A stretch of DNA of 64,000 nucleotides from Leptogorgia sarmentosa (lineage: Eukaryota): contig OZ210885.1 in the NCBI GenBank assembly GCA_964658305.1, forward strand, positions 5,518,001 through 5,582,000, given 5' to 3'. Shown piece after piece: positions 1 through 12,000 of the stretch. Below the pieces are notes generated by a model that made no database searches, had not been told where the DNA came from, and saw nothing but the letters and a program-made list of their open reading frames with translations. How positions within the stretch are numbered: the stretch's first letter is position 1; each line of letters starts with the position of its first letter. Both the position numbers and the translations under genes were made by a program.

Positions 1-3000
1 GCTTTGCATTAGTTGCATGACCCCAGTGCCCTCGTTCATGCCTCTTCAAGTCACCTTTTTGACTAAATTTCCTGCCACATTGTTCACACTGGAAAGGTTT
101 TTCTCCAGTGTGAATTCCTTCGTGTGTCTTCAAGTTACTTGGGTGATTAAATGTCTTACCACATTGTTCACACTGGAAAGGTTTTTCTCCAGTGTGCACT
201 CGTTCGTGCGTCTTCAAGTGACTTCGTTGACTAAATGTCTTACCACATTGTTCACAATGGAAAGGTTTTTCTCCAGTGTGTACTCGTTTGTGTCTCTTCA
301 AGTCACCTTTTTGACTAAATGTCCTGGCACATTGTTCACACTGGAAAGGTTTTTCTCCATTGTGAATTCCTTCGTGTGTCTTCAAGTTACTTGGGTGATT
401 AAATGTCTTACCACATTGTTCACACTGGAAAGGTTTTTCTCCAGTGTGAACTCGTTCGTGTGTCTTCAAGTTACTTGGGCGACTAAATGTCCTACCACAT
501 TGTTCACAGTGGAAAGGTTTTTCTCCAGTGTGCACTCGTTCGTGTGTCTTTAAGCTACTTGAGCAACGAAATGTCATACCGCATTTTTCACATTGGAAAG
601 GTTTTTCTGCAGTATGCACTCGTTCGTGTCTCTTTAAGCTACTTGAGCAACGAAATGTCTTACCGCATTGTTCACATTGGAAAGGTCTTTCTCCAGTGTG
701 TACTCTTTCGTGTTTCTTTAAGTCACCTTTCTGGCTAAATGTCTTACCACATTGTTCACACTGGAAAGGTTTTTCTCCATTGTGCACTCGTTCATGCCTC
801 TTCAAGTCACCTTTTTGACAAAATTTCCTGCAACATTGTTCACACTGGAAAGGTTTTTCTCCAGTGTGCACGCGTTCGTGTGTCTTTAAGCTACTTGGGG
901 AACGAAATGTCTTACCACATTGTTCACATTGGAAAGGTCTTTCTCCAGTGTGCACTCGTTCGTGTGTCTTTAAGTGACTTGGTTGACTAAATGTCTTACC
1001 ACATTGCTCACACTGGAAAGGCTTTTCTCCAGTGTGCACTCGTTCGTGTCTCTTCAAGTTACTTGGGCGACTAAATGTCTTACCACATTGTTCACACTGG
1101 AAAGGTTTTTCTCCAGTGTGCACTCGTTCGTGTGTCTGTAAGTTGATTTGCTGATTAAATGCCTTACCGCATTGTTCACATTGGAAAGGTCTTTCTGGAA
1201 GATGAAGTCGTTCATGTTTCTCTAAGTTGATTTGCTGATTAAATGCCTTGCCACATTGTTCACATTGGAAAGATCTTTCGCCAGTGTGAATTCGTCCGTG
1301 TTTCGCCAAATTACTTTTACTTTTGAATGGCTTACCACATTGCTGGCATTGAAATGGCGTTTCCCCGCTGTTAACTCTACACCAATGTCTTTCCTCATTG
1401 TCAATTTGCTCGTGTTCGTGTTCCCTCCTACTAATATGGGAATTAAGGTAATCTTCGCTGGTGTATTTTCTACTACACTGAGGACATTCCCATAGTTCTG
1501 TGCACGTCAACAATGGACACCTTCGTACGTGAGATTCCAGGTAATTGAAATAGGTAAACATTCTTCCACAGTGTTTGCAAGTATGACCGCCTTCAAGAAG
1601 ACAAAGTATGAATTGAAAAAAACAACCATTGAATAGGATGTGGAGGGGAGATACGAATGTTTGTAATCATTAGCATATAGTACGTTCACTTATATTTTCC
1701 ATTGCAAGTGTGGAAGTATCCTGATTTAGACAACCACGGAATTTCTCGTTTCTCCCAAACTTCCACGCATGTTTCAATTTAACAATTAGACAACGAGGTC
1801 GAGTTGTCTATGAGCGAATAGTGAACGAGGACGAACTCCGAGTTGAATATTCGCTCATAGACAACGAGACAGAGTTGTCTATACCCAGAATTATTTATAT
1901 CAAGAAAATTCTTCAGAAACATCAGCAAAATGCGAGTTTTCTGCAGGTTTCCTTTGCTTTTTCGCGAACCGTCATCTATTTAACAATTAGTCGCCGAAGG
2001 CGAGGTGAATAATTTATAGGCTTTTAGTATACACTCAACCATCGTCCATTACAAATGCTACATTCTGATTGGGGCGTGGATTTTCTCCGGGGCATGGTAT
2101 TCGACTTTGAAAAATCCCGCTCGTTATTGCTCGCATGAATTAATTAAAGATGGTGGAAGCTGTAGGGGAGGAGGAATTTGGCGAGAAAATCCGAAGATTA
2201 TTGAACAACAAAGACGCCAACAACACGAAAAAAATAACGAATCTTGCTTATAAGGTTTTTCCCTGTGTTGTCGACGTAACTGTCGCGGGGAGAAAGATCC
2301 GGTAAGCCTCCATAAAAATTTATTTATTTGCATGTGAAAAAGAGGTATTTTGATTGGACAATGTGACTGTGAGGTATAATATTATTCAATATATTATACG
2401 ACGACAGACGAGAATCCACAAAGTGGAAAAAGCATGCAAAAATGTTCTTTTTTGAACGAGGTACTTTTTTTATAACGTCGAACGGGGTATATTTTAAGAG
2501 TATTAATCTTAATGACCAGTTCTATATGGGAGTATCTAAATGGCGCGGGTCGCGGGTCGCGGGTAAATGGCGCGGGGCGCGGGTAAAGGGCGCGGGTAAA
2601 AGGCGCGGGTAAAGGCGCGGGTAAAGGCGCGGGTAAATATTCCTGGGAATCTTTTCACCGGTAGTCTTAACATTTAACCTCTTCCTCGTTGTATTTTGCG
2701 AAGTAAAGTTCCAAGTATTAAGCATCCTTCCAAATTTATTGCAATCGTTGCTTTTTCGTCGTCAGTAATAGTCGTTGGCGATTGTCAAGGTATGTTCAAA
2801 GATGTTTGATCATGTATTTCAATGACGATTGTTAGATTTGCTGACTATTTCAATGAATTATTCAACAGTACTAAATGATGCTATGCAAATTTTTCGACAG
2901 ATGACAAGTAGAAGGATTTCATGCTTGGTAGAGGCCTCAAAACAAGGTTTTCTTTTGCACTACGACCCGCCTGGTACAGCAAACCGTTGCTTCTATAGGT

Positions 3001-6000
3001 GTCTCGCAAAATTTTTGCATATGGACGAAGATGATATTATATACATGTTGGAAACTTTCATGATGGAAAACCAGATCATCCCCATTCAGAATGAGGTATT
3101 TTAATAATCATAAATATCAAAGACGTCACCTGGTTGCTGGTTTCGTAACTACTGTACTTATTATATATTCTTCCTTTTAACAGCGTGGTGAAATTGTCGA
3201 AACAGATCTGCATAATTTTCTATCAGACGCGGATTTCCCTTCCACGGGGAATAAAAGACCTTTTTCTTGGCACGACACTGTGAAAGCGTTGCGCAATGAA
3301 ATGACAACGCATGCGGTAATTGCTGTATCAGCGTTCCTCTTTCGCCTGGAAATAAGAATAATTGACTGGCAAGGGGTAATTTTTTGTGTTTATTTAATGG
3401 GGCTTTGTATAGTTAGCATTATTATCATGATAATTACAAAACAAATGCATAGCTTAATGTGTATTCATGTTATGTTATGTTAACTTAATGTAATGTCTTG
3501 TAATGTTTTGTAATTGTGTAATGGTAAAGTGCCTTGCATGGCACCCCGTGTCTCATTTGCACCACTCCCTCTAATAAAGTTGCTACTGTAAAATGAAAAT
3601 GAAAAAATAAAAATAAAACATGAATATATTGATTAAATACAGTACAGCTTATTCTCTTATAATTTATTTAGAATGTGACCATATCTAAATCTGGACCACA
3701 ACCAAATGCTAACTGGGTATATCTAGGTTATACTGGTGACCACTACATGCTGTTAAAGGAAAAAGGGAAAATGGTAAGCACATGTGTACATTAAACATCT
3801 CTTGTTGCAGTATGTCACTGAATGCTCTTTTAAAGTGTAAGAAGATACAGAAACATGTTTCTAACCAGTAGAATTGACTGTAATGAAAAAGCTGTCAGGT
3901 CTGATGTACATTTTATGTACTACAGTTGAAAACTGTTAAGGAAAGTGAATAGATTTCTTTTGATGGAAAGTCAAAAAAAGGCCATTTTCTTTGTTACATT
4001 AAAATTTCTTATCATTATGTATTCTTATTGTCTTTTTTTCAGTCATTTATGTTTCACACTTGTAATGTATTCTGATAATATGTCCAGTTGTCATCTTTTT
4101 CCTTACAGTAATTTGTTACATACATTAAATGTAGACTCTCAATGATGGTATAAATATATCAATTCCCTGTATGCCACACAAGACCCACCCTTTTGATTAC
4201 ACTTAACATGCAGTACTTTACTGTACTGTACTTGTCAATTAGAGGGAAAGTTTAGCTGTCAAATGGTTAACTAATTGCATATTATGTATGTGTTTGCTAA
4301 TTACGTTTCATAGGCAGATGGTGGCATACAAGAAGAAAAGGAAGTACTCGAAATATCTTCAGATTCTGATTTTAATTATTTATCCCCACAGAAGAAAAAA
4401 TTTAGAGCTGAAAAGGTGAGACAAATAATACAAACAATTGTAGTACAGTTAGTTGCGTAGTTAAAACAGCACTTGGTGGTGGTATACACTATAAGTCGAG
4501 CTGCACATAGATGATCAGGTGGTTGGAAATCACACACAGACAAGATGAATATGTGTTGTCCTTAATCAGTTAATCGTCTGAACGTTTTAAATTTAATATA
4601 GGGAGATGGTGGCATACGAGAACAAAAAGAAGTACTGGAAATATCTTCAGATTCTGATTTTAATTGCTTATCCCCAAAGAAAAAAAACTGTACAGCTGAA
4701 AAGGTGACCCAAATCTATTAAGACTGTCTAGAAATAATTATCTCAAAATATAATTATGAAACCTCACATATTAGCGCCAGTAATAATGAAAACTTAAATG
4801 TAGTAATGTACAATGCTACAGTATATTATATGGAATCTGGGGCAGGTACTGTACCTTGAGTGTTGCTTTCCACTTCCAGAGTTGAAAAGTTAAAATTTAT
4901 TTTGTCTTTCAGGTTACTTGCAGTACAAACACCAAAGGAAAACCCGAAAATCATGTTTCAGATTGGTATGATGATAATGACTACAATCCTGGAATAAGCA
5001 TTTTTAAAGGAATTAAATACGACCTAACTGAAACAAGCAAAGCTGTTGCGAATAGAAAAAATGAGGTAAGTAGGAGTACAATATTTTAGCTAAACTATAT
5101 AATAATTTATTTGTAATATTTAAAAATGCATACATGATACATGCATTTATCTTTACTGTGTGGGGTATTATACAGTTATGTCAACTAATAAGTATTTTCT
5201 CAGGAAGTCAATATCATGTTGGACAGTGTTCCAAATCTAATAAGTATTTCCTGGAACATGTGTACTATTGTATATGCATTTGTGCTGTTTGGAACATTCA
5301 ATGTACTTTATATTTTAGTCCACGAAAATGCAACTGGATTCGGATAATGAAGAAAAGCCAACCTACAGTGCTGTTTCAGTCAAGTCAGGTGGTGACCAGG
5401 TGCCATTGCAACCCATTGTCAAGAAACAGAAATTAAATCAGCATAAGAGCAGTAAATTGACAAAAAAGAAGAAGAAAAGGTAATAATGTCCAGTATGTTA
5501 ATTTTGGCTGGGCACTCAGTCCAATGCCACCAAAACTCATGTGGCTTCCTAAAGGATTATCTGTATAGTAACCCTTTTCGCTTTCAGTCCCATATACTGA
5601 TTTTTTTATATTTTTTTAATTCTGACTAAGACAAGACGATTTCACTCATCAAACCGGATCTCCAGAAAGGTAGGCGTAAAATGATTTAATATGTGTCCTT
5701 ATTGGTTGTTACAATCCTGGCCAGCTTTTAGTACTGTATACAGTAACAACGCTGTGTGTCTAAAACTGGTGCATTAGGCACAGTACTCCAGATACATTTT
5801 GTTTAATATATTCTTGAATAATGTAAATCTCCAGCACTGTTACACCATGGTGTGGAGTGTATTTATATACAGTATATGATTGTATACATACGGTATATCA
5901 TGTATTGTAGTATAACTGTGTGTCAACTGTCTTATAATTTTTTGCATATGTAGCAGTAGTTCCATTTCAAGTGGATCCAACAGCAGTGATGATGACGATA

Positions 6001-9000
6001 GAAAAAAATCACAAAGAAAAATCGGACCTTATTTATGGAGACGTGTTCAAACAGAAAGTGTAGAAAGAGTCCCGGAAAACATCAATGGTCTGAGACGATA
6101 TGAGATTAATATGCCAAAATCGGGCGATTACCTCCCGCTCATACGAGATGGTCGATGTTGGAAAAAAGCTTCAGAAACGCAATGGAAAGGGTATAACAAG
6201 GTCAGGTATGCCAACTGCTGGGGTTCACTTCAATGTATGAATAAGAATTGCGATTTTCAAAAGGAGTATGGTGTCGTCAATAAAACTCAGTTTGACAAGA
6301 AACGCAACCTTTGCAGTGTATGTGGTGCAAAAGGAGAATATATCCCATGCTCAGCCAGGAAATACATTGTGAAATCTACATCAAAAGTTTCTATTTACCA
6401 CTGTGGAGAACACACTTGCGCATATAAACCCGTGATTCCTCGTGCAACTGACGATGTCCAACGCAAAATCATTGAAAACCCTAACTCAACTCCCTCGCAA
6501 ATACAAAGCAGTGTAATTTTAGCCAAAATTAGGCAAGGTTGTGACTGGTCTACCGTCGAGCAAGCTGCTACGTCTGTCCGTGACAGTAAATGGATTTCCA
6601 ACGAGAAACAAAAGTTAAAGAAAGATTATGAGCCACATGGTCATGACTTTGAGGCAGTGGCCCATTTTAAACAAAACACGGACAACCGCGATCCATACTA
6701 CATATACAAGTTGAGCTATGGTGGTCAGTGTGGTAAAGAGTCCTTTGTTTTCAAGACTAGCAAACTCAAAATGAAATTTGCACTGAACATGGATCGTACA
6801 GGGGAACACAGATTAAGTAAAGAATTTTGTTATTTTGACGGAAAAGTCAAAAGATGCATGGGTTTTGTTTCTCTCACTGCAAGTGTTTATCATCCCATCT
6901 TACGAAAACTTGTTCCGTTGGCCACAATGGAATGCAGTGGAGAGAACACATCAAACATTGAACTGTTCTGGAGTACTTTTAATGAAGTCATACAAAAAGA
7001 GAAAAGCGATCCCAACTATACTTTCAACCCCCGTGGCTGGATTACAGACATGGCTGGAGCCAACCTGGAAGGTATCAAGAAAGTTTATGGTACATCTGCC
7101 TTAGAGCGTGTGAAAACTTGCGAGTTTCACTTTAAAGAGTGTAGAAACCGACAAGCACGAAAGCTGGACGAAGATGTAAGATCTCAGTTTAAGAGACTTT
7201 GCGATGCTCTGCTCAAAGCTGAAAGCCCAGTGGGCTACGAAGCGGCAAAGGAGGATATAATGAATTTTATGTCTGGAGACGGAAAATTGTCATTTTTAAT
7301 GACCTGGTTTGACTGGTGGGATAAACGACGTGGCCTTATTTTCCCTGCATTTCTGCCTACTATGCAAGGTGCTTCAAAAATGAACCAAGCGGAGACCATA
7401 CACGCAAGTTGGGTCAAGAGAGACCGGATAAATCTTTCTCTTTTCGATACTGCACAGGCAGACGTACGTGACAATATTCAACTAGAGGTAGAATATAAGG
7501 CCTTTGAAAATGGCTCGGGGAAAGGTGGAAAGGGTCCTAGTATTCATAGTCAAACTAAAAAAAATAGGGCAAACCAACTTAACAGAGCCCATACTCTTGG
7601 CCGTGAGCTTACACGAGAAGACATTACTGATACTGACAGGGTCCAATTTTTTGACATTGCAAATCAAGCTTCAGGCACCAATGCACACGATCGGCACAAT
7701 GCTACTGTTGGACGAGGACCACGACGAATGGATGGGGAGAGAAACGGTAGATTCAGGTCAACACGTAGCAGGCACTTCTTGGACCGATTAGAAAAAGCCA
7801 AACTCGAGCAAAATCGTTTTAAAATAAAACATTTAAGTGAAATTTCAAATTTAGAAAGATCGTATGTGTTGGTAAGTGGCTCATCGGCCATTTATAAAAC
7901 AACAATTGCAAAAAAACATTCATGTCAATGTCTAGATTACGTTAAGAGTGAAGGAAAAGAATTGTGTAAACACGTAATTTGGGTTCTGCTTAATATCTGT
8001 GAAATTCCTGAAGAAAGTGAGCTATTGCAGCAAGTATTTCTCACAGAAATGGAATTATCAGAAATTTTTAGTAACACTCAACCAATCCCAAATCACCTTA
8101 AGTATATCCCCGGTAGTAGTCAACAAAGCAGACACGAAATGGTAAAGAAACTGTTGGCGAATGATACCAGAAATGGAAAACCAAAAGTATGGTTGCTAAA
8201 AAGGAAAGAAAAACGAAAAGGAACAGTTCCACGATGTAGAGGGTGCAGAAAAGAACAATTTGATGGTGATCTCACCATCTCAGTCGTGGGATTGTATGTG
8301 CCATATGAACAAAACTTTGTTGTTGAGACAACATTTTACTTTTGCCCCGATGCCGATTGTGTCAAGCGGATCCCTCTATGGATTAATCTAGATCCACCGA
8401 CTGCAATTACTGTTCATGGTTCTATTACATCTGCAGAGCTAGAACACTTACAAAGTCAGTCTGAGTTACCACTTGCTAACTTTCTGATGTAGTGGTATCA
8501 TCGTAGGAAGGGAATTTTTCCTTTGGACTATATTATTATGCATTTGTTTCTGTTTTTAGTTTCTTGCTAACTTTTTAGCATTTGCTGAATAAAAAAGTAC
8601 TTTCCTGACAAACAAGTATACGATCGTACATGTACTATCGGACCAGGAACTGGCGCACTCTACTGCATGAATTAATCTATATTAATAGTATGAAGATTTG
8701 TACTGCATGCTACAATCTAGAGTTGCTAGTAAATCATTGTGTGAAGTTTCGCGACGGTCTCTTGCAAATTGACGGAGCCTTAGGGTTTTTCAAAGAGGCA
8801 TCTTTAGTTTTTCAAAGAGGCATTCATTCATTTTTAGTTTTAGATTTTATGTCGCGAACTTAGTCGCACAAATCAGATAATCAAAACACGTTGATCCAAG
8901 AAATATTTACTCGCGCCTTTTACCCGCGCCCTTTACCCGCGCCTTTTACCCGCGCCTTTTACCCGCGCCCTTTACCCGCGCCCCGCGCCATTTACCCGGG

Positions 9001-12000
9001 ACCCGCGACCCGCGCCATTTAGATACTCCCGTTCTATATTGGATCTAAACTCTCGCATTTCAAATACTATACGTATAACGTCTAGGTTCACCCGTTAAAC
9101 AAAGACCTCAACGGGTAGTACCCGATATTTCTCAAGTATTGATAACATAGGTAATGCCCACGCTGGACTATCGTCTAAGTAGCCTGGCCTGGTAAATTAT
9201 GAACAGTGATTGCCCGGGTCTATAATCATATGCATTTAGCCAGGCAAGGACGGTCAGCAGCGAGCTCGAATTAGCTCAAGTGGAGCGTGCGGTTGCAGTT
9301 TTATAGAAATGGTTTATATCTAACACTAATATAACTATATCAAGAGTAATACTGAAACGCCGACCAGCAATCTTAGGCGATAGTCCAGCGTGGGCATTAC
9401 CCGTGTTCTCAATTGAGAAATATTGGGTACTACCCGTTGAGGTCTTTGTTCAACGGCTGCTAGTTTATACCTTCAAAGCGCTTTCCCTCTTGTTGTTCGT
9501 CGTCCTCCTCGTATAGCGGTATGCCAAGGTCTTCTGCATATTCATCTCCATACCATACCAGGAGTTCTCCATTTGCTCTGATCTCTTTATACACTCTGTA
9601 GTAAATCTCTCCATGATATTGGAAAGCAACTATATTTTGCTCGTCCTCGCATCGCGAACAGTTTACAAAACGCATCCAATTGCTTTGAAATGGATCTTTC
9701 CCGTCGATATAATACTGGATCTTTCCAAATTTTACAATCTGTCAATAAATTAGTTGGGAATTCATAAATAGTTTATGAAGAAAGTAAGAAACACAACAAA
9801 AATCATGAACATGAGGAAGCTTGTACATCTCATACACAGGACCCGGCTGATTCACATAAAGTTTGATTATTTTAATAAACAATTACTCGACTATGGTTTC
9901 CGTGTTTGAATGGCCTGATCCAAACACGCGAGAATGTTGCGAGAGTTATGAAAAGCGCGCTTCTCTTTCGCTTGCTTTTCTTAACTTTCCAACATTCCCA
10001 TCACACCATCCAAGACACGTTTAAAATTAAAGTTCCCGCGAAGGCATTCTAAATTACCGTGTTTGGATGGCCTGAACGTATTTTCAGCGCCGGATTAACC
10101 CATCACTGGGCCGGGGACAAAAAAAGTGAAGGGCCGAAATTTGGTGAATATGAAAACATGAAACATATATGTAATCAAATTGAAAGTCCTGTCCATTATA
10201 TCGTCAAGAACTATAATATGAACATAGGGAATAGCATTTTAATGTTAAAGTGGCATTTAGCACTTCGACATTGACTTAAGTGAGTCTAGTAATTCGTTTT
10301 CAATGCTAAGTAGGTTGAGGTTGCAATCTCATTGTTGTCTATAGATGCAGATAATTCTTGAGTGATTTAGGACTCTAGAACTTCTTGGCTTTCAATTGAC
10401 CAATTTTTAATGAAAATTTATGTTTATTCGAAACCCCACAGTGACTGAAATTTTTTATACATTCTTTTTCTTGGGCCAGTAAATAAGCTTTTGAGCTGGG
10501 GCCGGGGGCAAATGCCCCCATTGCCCCCTAGATAATCCGGCACTGCCTATTTTATATGGATCCTTTTTGGCGAGTGCGTACTATCTTTATTTACGAGTTG
10601 TGATGGATCGCTAACAAAGCGAGTGAGCGCACCATCACGACAAGTGAATAATAAAAATCGAACAAACGAGCCAACTGTGAAGTAATTTTGGTCATCTCCA
10701 AGCCACGGCGAGAAGCTAATAATTCAGCACGGCTATTTACACCCGGATGAAGGACGGCATAGCGGAGTCAAAAGCTTTGAACTAAATGCTACTATGATTT
10801 GTGCTATATGATTGGCTGAAGCCGGCGTGCAAGAAAATTACCATTCAAAAATTGTTAAATTACAACTGCACATTGACAGGGACCTGTAAAGTCAAGATTG
10901 TTTGCTTAAACCGTCGTACTTATAAATATTGCAATTCACATTTTCGCAAAATCCCATCGAAACATCGCCTTCACTCCTCGAAGGCCGCCATTTTGCATCA
11001 CGTCATTGTAAGCAAAAGCCCGTCGCTGATTGGCTAGAAGCTAACAGCTAACAGGGTCATAGCATAGTATCTGCGAATTCGCAGATACAAAAATTAATAA
11101 GTTGGGTAACTTCGTGTTCCATAAATATAATTCCATAAATATGAGTTATGAAAACGAGGGGTGCATGTACACATGTATTTCTATTACAGCTTAAATTTGA
11201 ATATACCTGCCACATGTACGATGTATCCTCTCCTTTCTCCAGAACTTTGACCCCACGATATGGTCCAAAACGAGTATTAACTTCGATCTTTTTCTTAGTA
11301 AAGACTCCCAGACCAGCTCCGGGAATCCTTGAACGTCTCACACACAAACTTTTAGGTAGCGACGTGATTGCTTCAGGCATCTCCCCCCTTTCCACGACAT
11401 TGTCATCCATGATGTTGAATTTATGTGTTTGGCATTCGCCATAATAAAAGTCGTCACATTGTTCACAGTCTGTTAAACGATAAAAGAATTAGGGGTGAAC
11501 AGGAAAATGAAGGACAATATACAATTATTGGACGAGGCTGAGGCAAATAATTGATCTGCGAGCCACTGATAAATCACGATATTTTGCGACCGCCGAGTTC
11601 AACAATTGTTTTATTATTCAGTCTATTATTTACGATCATTTGTCACTCGCTTCGGCGTAAAATTTCTCGACCACGGCAAAGTTTACTTTTGGACGCCAAT
11701 AAGTCGTTGAGCTCCAAATTTCGTTCTTTTGAATTTAAATACTCTTGAAAAAAAGTTAAAGCAGATTTGGTTGCTTCTTTTTCATATAGAAATGAAGAGA
11801 GGAGAACTCATTGGTGAATTATTCTGCAAAACGAGCCATGTTTATCTAATCCAGTAATCGGACGCAGATAAATGAAGTCAACTGCGCATGAGCAAACCAT
11901 TATATGCATACTGTTTGCACCAATTATTTGCAGTTGAAGTGATATTTGCAGGCAGTTAATTACAGGTAAATTATTAACCAATCAATTGTACTAATTGTGC

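Larger units (their letters stand above)
2528..9030 (+). mobile_element. Mutator/MULE-superfamily DNA transposon, copy 1 (6503 bp), probably autonomous, in a PRDM9 intron (antisense)
   Basis: TIRs begin GGGAGTATCTAAATGGCGCGGG and end CCCGCGCCATTTAGATACTCCC. Perfect 9-bp TSD GTTCTATAT at 2519-2527 and 9031-9039. Internal MULE DDE transposase. Second copy at 28230-34720. Confidence 0.95.

Noticed and set aside
1..1345. Regular repeats with variable inserts resembling a CRISPR array
   Set aside because: These are 84-bp coding C2H2 units in a spliced eukaryotic gene; there are no cas genes.
17..1495. Plus-strand ORFs with repeating [10 protein letters not shown]
   Set aside because: Antisense shadows of the minus-strand zinc-finger array.
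5204..5318. Possible additional transposase exon starting at the AG at 5202-5203
   Set aside because: Read-through hits a stop and no good donor is evident; the 5319 acceptor gives a clean frame.
8630..8863. 77-aa ORF as a second (mudrB-like) gene of the element
   Set aside because: Short, downstream of the polyA signal, same strand as the transposase and no recognisable motif; identity between the two young copies is uninformative.
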